Shown here: piece by piece, positions 31,101-40,237 of the stretch
How the letters are laid out: each line of letters opens with the position of its first letter
Numbering within the stretch: position 1 is the first letter of the stretch
Assembly: GCA_026391915.1 (NCBI GenBank)
Contig: JAPLCZ010000164.1
Location: forward strand, 1,397-65,396
DNA from: Bacteroidota bacterium
GTDB taxonomy: Bacteria; Bacteroidota; Bacteroidia; CAILMK01
Length of the DNA: 64,000 nt
Direction: 5' to 3'
Position numbers and translations under genes: made by a program
Notes under the pieces: generated by a model
What the model was told of the DNA's origin: nothing
Seen by the model: only the letters and a program-made list of their open reading frames with translations
Databases searched by the model: none

Positions 31101-34100
31101 TCTATTGATAGCCCAGCTTCAGGCTTTTGCGGTGGTAAAAAAGATATATATGTTCGTATATCTAATTACGGAACAAATGCAATTTCTTCCGTAACCGTAA
31201 ACTGGAGTGTTAACGGTACAACTCAAGCTCCTGTTTCTGTAACCATGAGTTCTCCAACTCTTGGAAAGGGAATGGACACCTTATGGAAGGTAGGAACACT
31301 TACATTCACTACTGGTTCAGGGAAGGACATTGTTGCCTATACCTCCAACCCAAATGGAACAACTGATGGTGATAAATCAAATGATACAGGCAGAAGAAAT
31401 ATAAATACAGGTATGTCTGGCTCTTATACCATTGGCGGAACTTCACCTGATTTTGCAACCTTCACCGCTGCCGCCACTGATCTTAATAATCGTGGTGTAT
31501 GTGGTGCTGTAGTATTCAATGCGCGTAATGGCACATACAATGACCAAGTTCTTATTAAATCAATAGGAGGTGTTAGCGCAACCAATACCATCACTTTCCA
31601 AAGCCAATCCGGTGATAGCTCAAAGGTTAATGTTAATTGGCCTTCCGGTAATTCAAATAATTATTCTGTTTTAATAGAGAATACAAATTATGTATCCTTC
31701 AAAAAACTTACTTTTATGCGAACTGGCAATAACTCCTCTGCAAGGGTTATTGAACTAAGGGATGCGAATTATTGCGCAATATCTAATTGCAGATTGTTCG
31801 CAGTAAAGGATAATGGGTTTAACCAGACCAATGGGGTTATTTACTCTGGTAACTCAAATGATGAATACAACACAATTTCAAATAATAGAATTTGGGGTGG
31901 TTCTTATTCAGTTTATTGGCAAGGAGGAAATTCTTCCAACATGGAATCAGGAAATATATTTGATGGCAATTTGTATGATAGCAATGGCTATTATGTAAAC
32001 TATATTATGTATCAGGATAGCTTTAAATTCATGAGAAACACCATTAAGGATTTATTCTATTCTGGTGGTGGAATGGGTATTTATCTTCAATATGTAAATG
32101 ATGGAAGTTGGATTTCTAAAAACAAAATCATTCTTAAAAATGGTGGATATGGAATCTATGGCTTCTATTTCCAAGGAAATTCTACAGACAGCAATTTCAT
32201 TTCTAACAATATGATTTCTATTGGTAGCTCAGGATATTATGCAATGTTACTTTACTACTCTGACTACACAAATATGTATTACAATAGCATTGTAAGCTAT
32301 GGCCCTTCTTATTACTATAACATATTCCTATATCATTATACAACAGTGAATAGCTTCATGATGTATGATAACTCAATTGCTGCCTTAGGTGGTGGCTATG
32401 CATTCTATTTCTATAGCAACTACCCTACGGCAAGTGATTATAATAATCTTTATACTTCTGGCAGTACATTAGGTTACGGCCTCAGTACTTCATGCCCAAC
32501 ATTATCAGATTGGCAAACAGCTTCAAGTATGGATGCTACGAGTATTTCTGTTGACCCAATGCATGCTAGCCCAACCAACCTGCATAGTAAATCAACAGCG
32601 CTAAATAATCTTGGAGTTTCTTTAAATTCTATTAAGGATGATATTGATGGAGAAACCCGTAGTACCACAACTCCTGATATTGGTGCTGATGAATTTACCC
32701 CTCCTACCCATGACCTTTCTGCAACTGCAGTTCTTCTCCCAAATGGTGTAGATTGCGGCGACTCTAATACAACAGTTGCTTTCCGGTATCATAATTTTGG
32801 TGTCAGTGGTGAGAGTGGTTATAAGGTAAGTGTAAATATTGTTGGGGCTGGTTCTGCTTCTACCACATCAACAAGTATTTTGGTAGGCTCTGATACAACT
32901 GATACAATTGTTGGAACAAAAATAAATACTTATGCAGGTGGTAAGTATACGGTTATTGGTAAAGTAAATTTATCAACAGACCAAGATTTAACTAATGATA
33001 GTATTGTGACTACTGTTGATTTAATTGCACATGCAGCTAAACCAACCGTAATAAGTGGAGTTAGTTGTAGTGGAACAAGCACTGTTAAACTTATTGCACA
33101 CGGCTCTACTGGTGATTCTATTATGTGGTGGGATTCTTATAAGGGTGGAAATTTATTAGCGAAAGGAGATACTTTTACTACCCCAACAATTACTAAAACA
33201 ACCACGTACTACGCACAAGCTTATAGTGCTCAAGATTCTTTAGGTCTTGCAGACCACACTATCCTTGGTTCTTCATACGGGCTTACTTACCATGCATACG
33301 ATATGATTTTTGATGCGTTAAATGATATGGTTATTGACTCTGTTACCATCTATCCACAGAACACTGGTGTTGTACAAATCAACATCACTGATGCAAGTGG
33401 AAAAACAGTTGGAACACGTAGCTATAATGTAACTACATTAGCAAGTTCTTATGACCCTACTGTAATACCAGTAAAAATAAAAATACCAAAAGGAAAGGGA
33501 TATAGAATGAATCCTGTTGGAAGTACAGTAGGAGGAATTTACTATAACTATTATGGGTCTGGTTTCCCTTATTCTACTTACAAAAACAGACTTTGCAAAA
33601 TCACTGGAAATAGCTTAGGCGCAAATTATTATTGGTTCTTCTTCTTCAATTGGAAGGTATCTAATAATCTTAATTGTCCAAGTCAACGCACCCCGGTTGT
33701 TGCTGTAATTGGGGTAGGTCCAAAACCTGCCGCCGCCTTTAATTACACCACAGGTTGTGCTGGAAAATCTGCAGCATTTGTTGATAAATCTACCATAGCC
33801 TCTGGCGCTTCTTTAGTTGCCTGGGCATATGATTTTGGTGATGGAAATACATACTCATCTACAACCTCTGGAACAACTACACATGTTTATACAAAAGCAG
33901 GTACTTATAAAGTTATTCTTGCTGTTACTTCAAATAAGGGATGTATTGATACCATTAGCCATATGGTAGTTGTTGACCCTAAACCAACAGCTTTGTTTAC
34001 AGCTACAAATGTTTGCGAAGGTAGCCCAACAGGTTTTGTTGACAAAAGCACTGCAGGAAGTGGCACTCTTACCTATGCATGGGACTTTGGTGATGGAGGA

Positions 34101-34571
34101 ACTGATACCAAATCAAGCCCATCACATACTTATGCTAAAGCCGGAACTTACACTGCTACCTTAATTGTTACCGATGCAAAATGCACAGATACTTCAAAAA
34201 TGTCCGTAGAAGTTTATGCAAATCCAAAAACTGCATTTGGAACTAAGAATGCTTGCGTTGGGACGATGACTCAGTTTGTAGATTCAACAACTTTAGCAAG
34301 TGGTAAAATTACTTCTTATGCATGGAGTTTAGGGGTTACTGGTGCTACGGATACAGTTGCAAATCCAACCTATACCTACTCTAAAATTGGCAGCTATACT
34401 GTTACTCTAACAGTAACTTCTGATAAAGGTTGTTCTAAAGGATTAACAAAAACTCTAACCATTGATGCTACACCAGTTGCTAAAATTGATACAGCACGCG
34501 TTAGTGGAAGCAAGATAAATTTCTCTTCTAAAAACACTGCCGCTTCTTATGCGTGGGACTTTGGTGATTGA
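28113..34571 (+). CDS. giant modular cell-surface protein: signal peptide, 3x (right-handed parallel beta-helix + CARDB-like Ig domain) modules and 4 PKD domains; terminated by an in-frame TGA inside the 4th PKD domain
   Basis: 2152 aa. Signal peptide AILTLLFAVLMASNAMAQ. Three ~540-aa tandem modules each start (L/M)(T/S)G(T/S)(Y/F)TI(D/G) and end TTPDIGADEF(F/T)P. The NNxI/Y/W-rich segments are pectin-lyase-fold-like. Repeated (Y)AWDFGDG PKD signatures follow. The ORF stops at TGA 34569-34571, exactly at the second Gly of the WDFGDG motif. Confidence 0.8.
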   Translation: MAHTNNFTKTTAWSKAILTLLFAVLMASNAMAQLTGTYTIDATKSASSTNYTSFQDAVDDLLNGTRTSGTANGPGVKAAVKFNVAKGTYYESFEITAISGADATNTITFDGGDSSKTIINDTLNANNFVVYLNGGAFITFKNLTIQRSITDGNVIKLDNYADSNSFISNRLVGYPTTGYTNTAVVYAYSYSTGDSANRFINNTIENSCFAFYWYGGYSNRPIGNIIDHNIIYGQSYYGIYMWYMDRTQITNNKIIETNGYYPMLLGQIDATSDTSLIANNFISYTGGGTGYGVYVYMSDMFNFYNNNVYTDVSNSYSTAAYFYRYTAGTSVNVMNNIFVNTGGGFAITQYYNGYGFTNSDYNDFYWTGANMGQWNGSSQADLATWQSTSSMDANSMDVNPKFYSKTNLHVINVLLNGKGSVSTSVPKDIDGETRNATTPDIGADEFFPVANDVGATGVDSPAVGFCIGKRNVYVRITNFGTAVLTSANIDWWVNGTAQTSKSVSLSSNPLGIGKDTVIYVGNYNFSSASVKYVVKASANTPNGLTSGTPTANDSFTSIVNSGLSGTFTIDPSKAAGSGNYQTFTAAANDVTAKGICGAVVINVASGTYTEQVAFGFISGANASNTVTFQSSAKDSTKVILDFPATNSYSPTSDYTVQLKGSSHVTFRWMTIQRSGSGYYGNVLSINGGSHYNQFLNSILRNTVTGTKYNYIIYSSGDNDSFNTFAYNTIYGGGYYNIYWMGVSGVGEVGNVFKNNLIDTVQYYGALLFYQTRLQFLNNIVTGISYQYGAGIYCYNYNTPADGTRISGNKVIMSNGGYCMYSYYLSGSATDSVVISNNFFTSVGATAYGGMHYYSDYQAILHNNYYVDGTSSYGLYIYAFSTTSIHVLNNNIINPSNSNNTLYSPSSGSITITDYNNFGDATALSNVQALFSQDVNSFGVDPKFTSKTDLHVKNVTLDAAATPIGILKDIDGQTRSTTTPDIGADEFFPVANDAGIISIDSPASGFCGGKKDIYVRISNYGTNAISSVTVNWSVNGTTQAPVSVTMSSPTLGKGMDTLWKVGTLTFTTGSGKDIVAYTSNPNGTTDGDKSNDTGRRNINTGMSGSYTIGGTSPDFATFTAAATDLNNRGVCGAVVFNARNGTYNDQVLIKSIGGVSATNTITFQSQSGDSSKVNVNWPSGNSNNYSVLIENTNYVSFKKLTFMRTGNNSSARVIELRDANYCAISNCRLFAVKDNGFNQTNGVIYSGNSNDEYNTISNNRIWGGSYSVYWQGGNSSNMESGNIFDGNLYDSNGYYVNYIMYQDSFKFMRNTIKDLFYSGGGMGIYLQYVNDGSWISKNKIILKNGGYGIYGFYFQGNSTDSNFISNNMISIGSSGYYAMLLYYSDYTNMYYNSIVSYGPSYYYNIFLYHYTTVNSFMMYDNSIAALGGGYAFYFYSNYPTASDYNNLYTSGSTLGYGLSTSCPTLSDWQTASSMDATSISVDPMHASPTNLHSKSTALNNLGVSLNSIKDDIDGETRSTTTPDIGADEFTPPTHDLSATAVLLPNGVDCGDSNTTVAFRYHNFGVSGESGYKVSVNIVGAGSASTTSTSILVGSDTTDTIVGTKINTYAGGKYTVIGKVNLSTDQDLTNDSIVTTVDLIAHAAKPTVISGVSCSGTSTVKLIAHGSTGDSIMWWDSYKGGNLLAKGDTFTTPTITKTTTYYAQAYSAQDSLGLADHTILGSSYGLTYHAYDMIFDALNDMVIDSVTIYPQNTGVVQINITDASGKTVGTRSYNVTTLASSYDPTVIPVKIKIPKGKGYRMNPVGSTVGGIYYNYYGSGFPYSTYKNRLCKITGNSLGANYYWFFFFNWKVSNNLNCPSQRTPVVAVIGVGPKPAAAFNYTTGCAGKSAAFVDKSTIASGASLVAWAYDFGDGNTYSSTTSGTTTHVYTKAGTYKVILAVTSNKGCIDTISHMVVVDPKPTALFTATNVCEGSPTGFVDKSTAGSGTLTYAWDFGDGGTDTKSSPSHTYAKAGTYTATLIVTDAKCTDTSKMSVEVYANPKTAFGTKNACVGTMTQFVDSTTLASGKITSYAWSLGVTGATDTVANPTYTYSKIGSYTVTLTVTSDKGCSKGLTKTLTIDATPVAKIDTARVSGSKINFSSKNTAASYAWDFGD
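28200..32700 (+). repeat. three tandem ~1.6-kb intragenic repeats (beta-helix + CARDB-like modules)
   Basis: Module boundaries recur at about nt 28200, 29795, 31414 and 32700. The protein copies are clearly homologous (e.g. TPDIGADEFFPVANDVGATGVDSPAVGFCIGKRNVYVRITNFG vs TPDIGADEFFPVANDAGIISIDSPASGFCGGKKDIYVRISNYG). Confidence 0.7.
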
Positions 34572-34973
34572 GGAACATCAAATGCATCTGCACCATCTCA
34601 CGATTTTACAAAAAATGGTAGCTTCTGGGTGAAATTAACCACCGCAAATGCCAATGGTTGTAACACTATTGATTCAGTTCAGGTTTCTGTAATTACAACT
34701 ATTGCTGATGTTTCTGCTGGTGAGATTAAGTTGAATGTTTATCCTAATCCTTTCAAAGAATTTACTAATATCGGCTATACATTAGTTAAAAACACCAATG
34801 TATCAATTGAGGTTTTTGATGTTCTTGGAAGAAAAGTTTCTACTCTTACCAATGGTGTACAACCTGCAGGTGAGTATAACTTTAATTTCAATAATTCGGA
34901 ATCAGGTATTTACATTATCAAATTAATTGTTGATGGTGTCACCATCAATAAGGAGATTATAAGCGTTAACTAA
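34572..34973 (+). pseudogene. in-frame continuation of the giant adhesin: the rest of PKD domain 4 plus the T9SS C-terminal sorting domain, separated from the body by a single TGA
   Basis: Same frame as 28113..34571. GTSNASAPSHDFTKNGSFWVKLTTANANGC completes the PKD consensus. ...IKLNVYPNPFKEFTNIGYTL...SGIYIIKLIVDGVTINKEIISVN is a T9SS CTD. The track calls 34629..34973 as a separate GTG-start ORF. Confidence 0.7.
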
Positions 34974-34995
34974 AAATTCTAGAATTGACCTAATA

Positions 34996-35031
34996 AAAAG
35001 GGGTTACCTTAACAAGGTAACCCCTTTTTAT
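34996..35031 (+). terminator. rho-independent terminator after the adhesin locus
   Basis: AAAAAGGGGTTACCTT-aaca-AGGTAACCCCTTTTTATTTT. Confidence 0.8.
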
Positions 35032-35124
35032 TTTAGGCTGATGTTACTATTAATGAAAGGCTGTGATGCCGATAAGTTGAGAAATTTGTATTAAAGCTTT
35101 TGCTAATTAAAAAATAATTTTACC

Positions 35125-35132
35125 TACTTTTG
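35125..35132 (+). promoter_or_regulatory. -7 box TACTTTTG upstream of the 35168 gene
   Basis: Exact TAnnTTTG, 36 nt upstream of the ATG. Confidence 0.4.
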
Positions 35133-35167
35133 TACACTAAATATAACAACTAAAAAAGACAACCGTC

Positions 35168-36478
35168 ATGAAGAAATTTACAATGTTCGTTTTATGCCTT
35201 ATAAGCTTTGGTGCCTACGCACAGTTAGTGAGGATAGATCTCCCTGAAACAAATGCGTTTAACCCTTTTGGCAACACAGCTGAAATCATTCAACTCAATA
35301 AGAAAAAATCATCTCTATTGAAAGCACAGTATGATACTGTGAAAGTTAATGATTGGTACAGCATGGTGAACTCTATCTATGAATTATCAGGAAGTGTTAA
35401 GTTCAGTAGATTTACGCCTGTAATGCATTCTGATAGCACTTTAAGATATTTCTATTACGACTCTTCTAAGGTAAAGTCTGGAGAGGTATGGATGCATGGT
35501 GTAGGACATACATTTGACCCCATTGATGCAATTTGGGAAGATGATGGCCTTGCTGAAACAAGACAATTCCCAAAAAAATCAGCATCACTAACTATAGATT
35601 CTGTTTATTTTACAGGGTATTATGGAAGAAGTACTGATACTACAGTTGTTGACACTTTATATGTGAGCTTTACAAAAAATGTAAACAACCTTCAATGGCC
35701 TACCAGCAAAGAAAAATTCGGGGTACCTGAGTATGGTACTGATAACAGAATTGTTTCTCCTGACACTATGATTAAGATTTTGTTAACATCAAAGGACACT
35801 AGTTTGAAAAAAACTAGAGGCTTTGCTTTTCCTGTAAACAGAAAGTTGATTACCCCGGAAGTCTTAGCTGTAGCCTTAGATTTTAGACCCGGAACTGTGG
35901 TAAATCATGGAGATTCTTTACAAGCATTTGCCGATACATCAGAAACCAATGCTGCAAAAATATTCATTAAGAAAAAAATAAATTGGTTTATAGCAAATGT
36001 TTATACTGACCAGTCTGGTTTCAATGATAAGGGTGGAAGAAACAATGGCTTTGTACTACCTACATTCCAAAAAGTTTTATCCAGTTGGTACTATGACAAA
36101 GCGTCTAAACCAAGATATATTCCTGGTAATGCTTATGCAAAGGCAATGTATCCTTACTTTCAATTTAAGGTAGTTGGTGAATTTGTTACCAATGGTATTA
36201 ATGAAAACATTAAACCTGTTACTACTTCTGAAATTTATCCTAACCCAATTAATAATAGCCAAGCTACTGTTACTTTCAATTTGGTGAACAACCAAAATGT
36301 AACTGTTGAAGTAAGCAATATTGTGGGTCAAAAAGTAATGACAATTGCTAACGGAAACTTTGCTGCAGGTAATAACAAAGTAGATTTCAGCACTAATAAT
36401 TTAAAGGCTGGTATTTATCTTTATACCATCAAAGCTGGTGGTTATAGCACTACTCAAAAATTCACAGTTATTCAGTAA
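35168..36478 (+). CDS. hypothetical secreted protein with a T9SS C-terminal sorting domain
   Basis: 436 aa. Signal peptide MKKFTMFVLCLISFGAYAQ. The C-terminus SEIYPNPINNSQATVTFNL...KAGIYLYTIKAGGYSTTQKFTVIQ is a CTD. Confidence 0.7.
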   Translation: MKKFTMFVLCLISFGAYAQLVRIDLPETNAFNPFGNTAEIIQLNKKKSSLLKAQYDTVKVNDWYSMVNSIYELSGSVKFSRFTPVMHSDSTLRYFYYDSSKVKSGEVWMHGVGHTFDPIDAIWEDDGLAETRQFPKKSASLTIDSVYFTGYYGRSTDTTVVDTLYVSFTKNVNNLQWPTSKEKFGVPEYGTDNRIVSPDTMIKILLTSKDTSLKKTRGFAFPVNRKLITPEVLAVALDFRPGTVVNHGDSLQAFADTSETNAAKIFIKKKINWFIANVYTDQSGFNDKGGRNNGFVLPTFQKVLSSWYYDKASKPRYIPGNAYAKAMYPYFQFKVVGEFVTNGINENIKPVTTSEIYPNPINNSQATVTFNLVNNQNVTVEVSNIVGQKVMTIANGNFAAGNNKVDFSTNNLKAGIYLYTIKAGGYSTTQKFTVIQ

Positions 36479-36500
36479 TTGAGAATATAATTTATACAGT

Positions 36501-36535
36501 AAAAGCCCCGCCTATTGCGGGGCTTTTCTTTTTTT
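36501..36535 (+). terminator. rho-independent terminator
   Basis: AAAAGCCCCGC-ctatt-GCGGGGCTTTTCTTTTTTTT. Confidence 0.8.
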
Positions 36536-36550
36536 TGAAAGCCTAAGCAG

Positions 36551-37195
36551 ATGCCCAAAAAAGAACTCTACAAAATCGTTATTAAGTATTTTGAAGCCAA
36601 CATCCCACTTGCGGAAACAGAACTTCATTATAGAAATAACTATGAACTTTTGGTAGCCGTAATCCTCTCTGCGCAATGCACAGATAAAAGAGTAAACATC
36701 ACCACACCTGCTTTCTTTGAGGTATTCCCATCACCCCAACTTTTGGCGAATGCAACAACGGCAGAAGTCTTTGATTTAATCAAAAGCATTAGCTACCCAA
36801 ACAATAAAGCAAAGAGCCTTATTGGCATGGCAAAAATGCTGATGGCAGACCATAAAGGTGAAGTTCCTTCTGATTGGGATGAGCTTATTAAACTCCCCGG
36901 GGTGGGTAGAAAAACTGCCAACGTAATAGTATCCGTAGCATTTGATAAACCCGCTATTGCCGTAGATACCCATGTATTTAGAGTAGCACAGAGGATTGGC
37001 TTGGCCACCAAGTCTAAAACGCCACTGGAGGTGGAGAAACAATTGGTAAAAAATGTACCCACTGCCTTGCATGGTAAATTTCATCATTGGATGATATTGC
37101 ATGGTAGATACACCTGCACCGCCCGCAACCCTAATCATGAAAAATGCGGATTGAAGGATGTTTGCCACTACTATTTATCCTTAGCAAAAAAATAA
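36551..37195 (+). CDS. nth: endonuclease III (DNA-(apurinic or apyrimidinic site) lyase)
   Basis: 214 aa. HhH-GPD (LPGVGRKTANVI) and the C-terminal 4Fe-4S cluster motif CTARNPNHEKCGLKDVC. Confidence 0.9.
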   Translation: MPKKELYKIVIKYFEANIPLAETELHYRNNYELLVAVILSAQCTDKRVNITTPAFFEVFPSPQLLANATTAEVFDLIKSISYPNNKAKSLIGMAKMLMADHKGEVPSDWDELIKLPGVGRKTANVIVSVAFDKPAIAVDTHVFRVAQRIGLATKSKTPLEVEKQLVKNVPTALHGKFHHWMILHGRYTCTARNPNHEKCGLKDVCHYYLSLAKK

Positions 37196-37249
37196 TAAAA
37201 TTATTCTATAAAAATCCAAACTAATCCTAATTTTAACCTCTCAAATTAA

Positions 37250-38290
37250 ATGACCAAAAACATGGCAGAAGACAAAACAGAAAAGAACAAAGCCCTTCAA
37301 TTAACCATTGAAAAGTTAGAAAAAACCTATGGCAAAGGTGTAGTGATGAAACTTAGCGACAGCCAAGTGGTGGCACTTGATGTTATCCCCACCGGCTCTA
37401 TTGGGTTGGATATAGCCCTAGGTTGCGGTGGTGTGCCCAAAGGCAGAATTGTAGAAATTTATGGCCCGGAATCCTCTGGTAAAACCACCCTTGCCATGCA
37501 TATAATTGCGGAATCTCAAAAGCGCGGCGGCATGGCGGCTTTTGTTGATGCAGAGCACGCTTTTGATAAAACTTATGCTGAGAAATTGGGCATTGATGTA
37601 AACAACCTACTCATCTCGCAGCCTGATGACGGTGAGCAGGGTTTGGAGATTGCTGACCACCTTATCCGTTCTGGAGCAATAGATATTATAGTTATTGACT
37701 CTGTTGCTGCCCTTACGCCCAAAGCGGAGTTAGAGGGCGATATGGGAGATTCCAAAATGGGATTGCAAGCGCGCCTCATGAGCCAAGCTTTGAGGAAACT
37801 TACTTCTAGCATTAGCAAAACCCAAACGGTTTGTATTTTCATCAACCAATTGAGGGATAAAATTGGGGTGATGTTTGGCAGCCCAGAGACCACTACAGGC
37901 GGTAACGCCTTGAAGTTTTATGCCTCAGTAAGGTTGGATATCCGCAGGATTACCACCATTAAAGATGGCACAGATGCGGTGGGTAACCGCACCCGTGTAA
38001 AAGTGGCTAAAAACAAAGTTGCACCTCCATTTAAGTTGGCAGAATTTGATATTATTTATGGCGAAGGAATCTCCAAAGTTGGGGAGATTATAGATATAGG
38101 CTCAGAGTACGGCATCATTAAAAAAAGCGGCTCTTGGTTTAGTTATAACGACACCAAACTTGGGCAAGGCAGGGACTCAGTAAAAACCATTTTGGATGAT
38201 AACCCCGGGCTGGCAGATGAGATTGAAGCGAAGATTAAAGAGAAAGCTTTTGGCACTGTGGTGGCAGAGCCGGAGGTTGCTAAAAAATAG
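37250..38290 (+). CDS. recA: recombinase RecA
   Basis: 346 aa. Walker A (GPESSGKTT) plus the canonical RecA sequence ([20 protein letters not shown]..., [37 protein letters not shown]). Confidence 0.95.
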   Translation: MTKNMAEDKTEKNKALQLTIEKLEKTYGKGVVMKLSDSQVVALDVIPTGSIGLDIALGCGGVPKGRIVEIYGPESSGKTTLAMHIIAESQKRGGMAAFVDAEHAFDKTYAEKLGIDVNNLLISQPDDGEQGLEIADHLIRSGAIDIIVIDSVAALTPKAELEGDMGDSKMGLQARLMSQALRKLTSSISKTQTVCIFINQLRDKIGVMFGSPETTTGGNALKFYASVRLDIRRITTIKDGTDAVGNRTRVKVAKNKVAPPFKLAEFDIIYGEGISKVGEIIDIGSEYGIIKKSGSWFSYNDTKLGQGRDSVKTILDDNPGLADEIEAKIKEKAFGTVVAEPEVAKK

Positions 38291-38295
38291 AGGTT

Positions 38296-38340
38296 TTAAA
38301 ACAAAAACTGCCGACATTAAGCCGGCAGTTTTGTTTTAAT
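38296..38340. terminator. bidirectional rho-independent terminator between recA and the convergent TM2-domain gene
   Basis: AAAACAAAAACTGCCG-acattaag-CCGGCAGTTTTGTTTT. Confidence 0.75.
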
Positions 38341-38360
38341 AGATACTAAAATAAAATACT

Positions 38361-38786
38361 TTATTTCTTCCACATAATTGAGCCTGGGTTGTTTACATAG
38401 GCATCAATTGGTTTCTTATTGATGAGTCCATTAATAAGGAGTAATAACCAATCCACAGTTGGCAAAACGCCCAAGGCACCACAGGTAAAGAAATATAATA
38501 ATTTGGTATTGGTACTGGTACCTAAATACCATCTATGGATACCAACCACCCCGCAAAATGTTGCAATTACAAAAGCTGTAACGGCGCTTTTTTCAGACGA
38601 AATAACACCTTTAGGGTTAAAAATATTTGTAACCATTTGCCCTTCAGTATTAATATTAATGACTGTAGCATTTTTGAAAACGCCCTCCACAGCAGCATCA
38701 TTTATTTGGTAAGGGTTGGTATTCTCTGCAAATGAAATTGAAGAGAAAGTTAAAAGTAAAATTGATAGAATTATTAGTTTTTTCAT
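38361..38786 (-). CDS. secreted TM2-domain protein
   Basis: 141 aa. Signal peptide MKKLIILSILLLTFSSISFA. The C-terminus AFVIATFCGVVGIHRWYLGTSTNTKLLYFFTCGALG...VDWLLLL is the TM2 domain pattern (G.HRFYLG). Confidence 0.65.
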   Translation of the reverse strand: MKKLIILSILLLTFSSISFAENTNPYQINDAAVEGVFKNATVININTEGQMVTNIFNPKGVISSEKSAVTAFVIATFCGVVGIHRWYLGTSTNTKLLYFFTCGALGVLPTVDWLLLLINGLINKKPIDAYVNNPGSIMWKK

Positions 38787-38796
38787 GTCTCTGTTT

Positions 38797-39363
38797 TTAA
38801 TTTTTTAGTTCTTTCACTAGAAATAATATAATAAATATAAAGCTGGCTAACATACCTAATGGGCCTAATATCAAACCTATAGGAGGTATAATATAAAATA
38901 TAAAAGTGAGCCTGCATAGTACCGCGTATTTGATATAAGGAGGCCAATCACTCCAGCCGGCTACTTTATCAATTCCGGTTTCTTTAAAAACCTTTTCTAT
39001 ACGGCTGCCTTTATAAGCACTGCTAACAGTAGAATTAATTTTGGCAGATAACTTCTTAAGGTTGCCACCAATAACAGGTTTTGGGTTTGATTGCAAAACA
39101 GAATTTGTTTTAACTGGTAAAGCAAAGCTAGTAGCTTCTTTTACTTTCACTGGGCTTTCTACCATTGCCATTTCTCCTGATTTGGCAACGGTTATAATTG
39201 TTAAATCCTGTGTATTGGATTTTAAAGTAGAGGTTGATTTTCCTCCCGCAAAGCCTAAAGCCCCGCGTTCTAATTTGTAAGCAGTTTTATGCGTAGAGCA
39301 CGAAACTGCCATCAATGCTAAGAGTGGCATTAACCACAATAATGAGGTGAGATTTTTTTTCAT
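38797..39363 (-). CDS. hypothetical lipoprotein with a C-terminal double membrane anchor
   Basis: 188 aa. Lipobox LALMAVSC, then a Ser/Thr/Lys-rich region, then two C-terminal TM helices. Confidence 0.55.
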   Translation of the reverse strand: MKKNLTSLLWLMPLLALMAVSCSTHKTAYKLERGALGFAGGKSTSTLKSNTQDLTIITVAKSGEMAMVESPVKVKEATSFALPVKTNSVLQSNPKPVIGGNLKKLSAKINSTVSSAYKGSRIEKVFKETGIDKVAGWSDWPPYIKYAVLCRLTFIFYIIPPIGLILGPLGMLASFIFIILFLVKELKN

Positions 39364-39471
39364 ATTGTTTAAGTTTTTTAATTACGGTGCAAAGCAAAGG
39401 TTTTTTATTGGATTGAGGAATGATGTGGGTTAGTTTTTTTAAAACGGCTTAGATCATTTAGAAACCACTTA

Positions 39472-40173
39472 CTATTTTTTCTCTTCCGGTTTATCCTTTT
39501 GTATAGGGTCCGGTTCTGTTTTAGTAGGGTCTTTTTTCTTGGATGCATTATAGATTAATACCCCAATAAAAATGGCAAGAAATAAAAAGCCAAAGAAAAT
39601 AAAAACGGGTACGGTAAAAAAACCTAAGCCCAACAGAAAATAATAAGGTAGAAAGCTAAGGAGGGAATACAACCCTATTTGAGTATTTATTCCAAGAGCC
39701 ACGCCCAGTACGCCTAGGAGATAGAAAAGTAATAAGGCTAATAAGTGGACTATTACTAAACCAAATGAAATTAAAGAAAGCACCAACCAAATGCTTGAAA
39801 AAATATTGAATTTGGCAGGGGAGTATTTTTTATAGAGTTTTCTCATCACCTTATTAGTGCTGGCTTTATAAGAGGCGAGTTTTTTGGGCTTAATTGGGCT
39901 TATAAAATTATTGACTTTTTTAAAAGTAGTAATAGCAATATCCTTAGTGTTTGCTAATGCCTTAGGGGCTTTTTCGCTAGCAAGGCATTCACCACCTATT
40001 TCTATTTTAGGGGCAGCGGTAGTGTTCTGATTTTCTACTTTAATATTAGTAGTGGTGGATGTACCTGTACCCCCTTTAAAAGGATATGGGCAGTTATTTA
40101 CCCTCATGCTTTTATGAGAGCAGCTTGCTAAAAGTATAGCGGCAAATAAAAAGTAAACTGTGTTTTTTTTCAT
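39472..40173 (-). CDS. hypothetical lipoprotein with a C-terminal multi-TM region and a charged K/E/P tail
   Basis: 233 aa. Lipobox ILLASCS, about four C-terminal TM helices, ending KKKDPTKTEPDPIQKDKPEEKK. Confidence 0.55.
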   Translation of the reverse strand: MKKNTVYFLFAAILLASCSHKSMRVNNCPYPFKGGTGTSTTTNIKVENQNTTAAPKIEIGGECLASEKAPKALANTKDIAITTFKKVNNFISPIKPKKLASYKASTNKVMRKLYKKYSPAKFNIFSSIWLVLSLISFGLVIVHLLALLLFYLLGVLGVALGINTQIGLYSLLSFLPYYFLLGLGFFTVPVFIFFGFLFLAIFIGVLIYNASKKKDPTKTEPDPIQKDKPEEKK

Positions 40174-40237
40174 GGGTTAGTTTTTCTATTGGGCAAAAGT
40201 AATTGGCAATAGTTGAATAGGACAAATTAAAAATTAT

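Noticed and set aside
34569-34571. Alternative genetic code (translation table 25, UGA = Gly) explaining the in-frame TGA at a Gly position
   Set aside because: TGA serves as the stop of the four-helix-bundle gene (59497). Every other gene checked ends in TAA or TAG at the expected length, and no other conserved Gly position carries TGA. TGA is rare overall, which is notable but consistent with a low-GC standard-code genome. The lineage signals (SprA, T9SS) are Bacteroidetes, not SR1 or Gracilibacteria.
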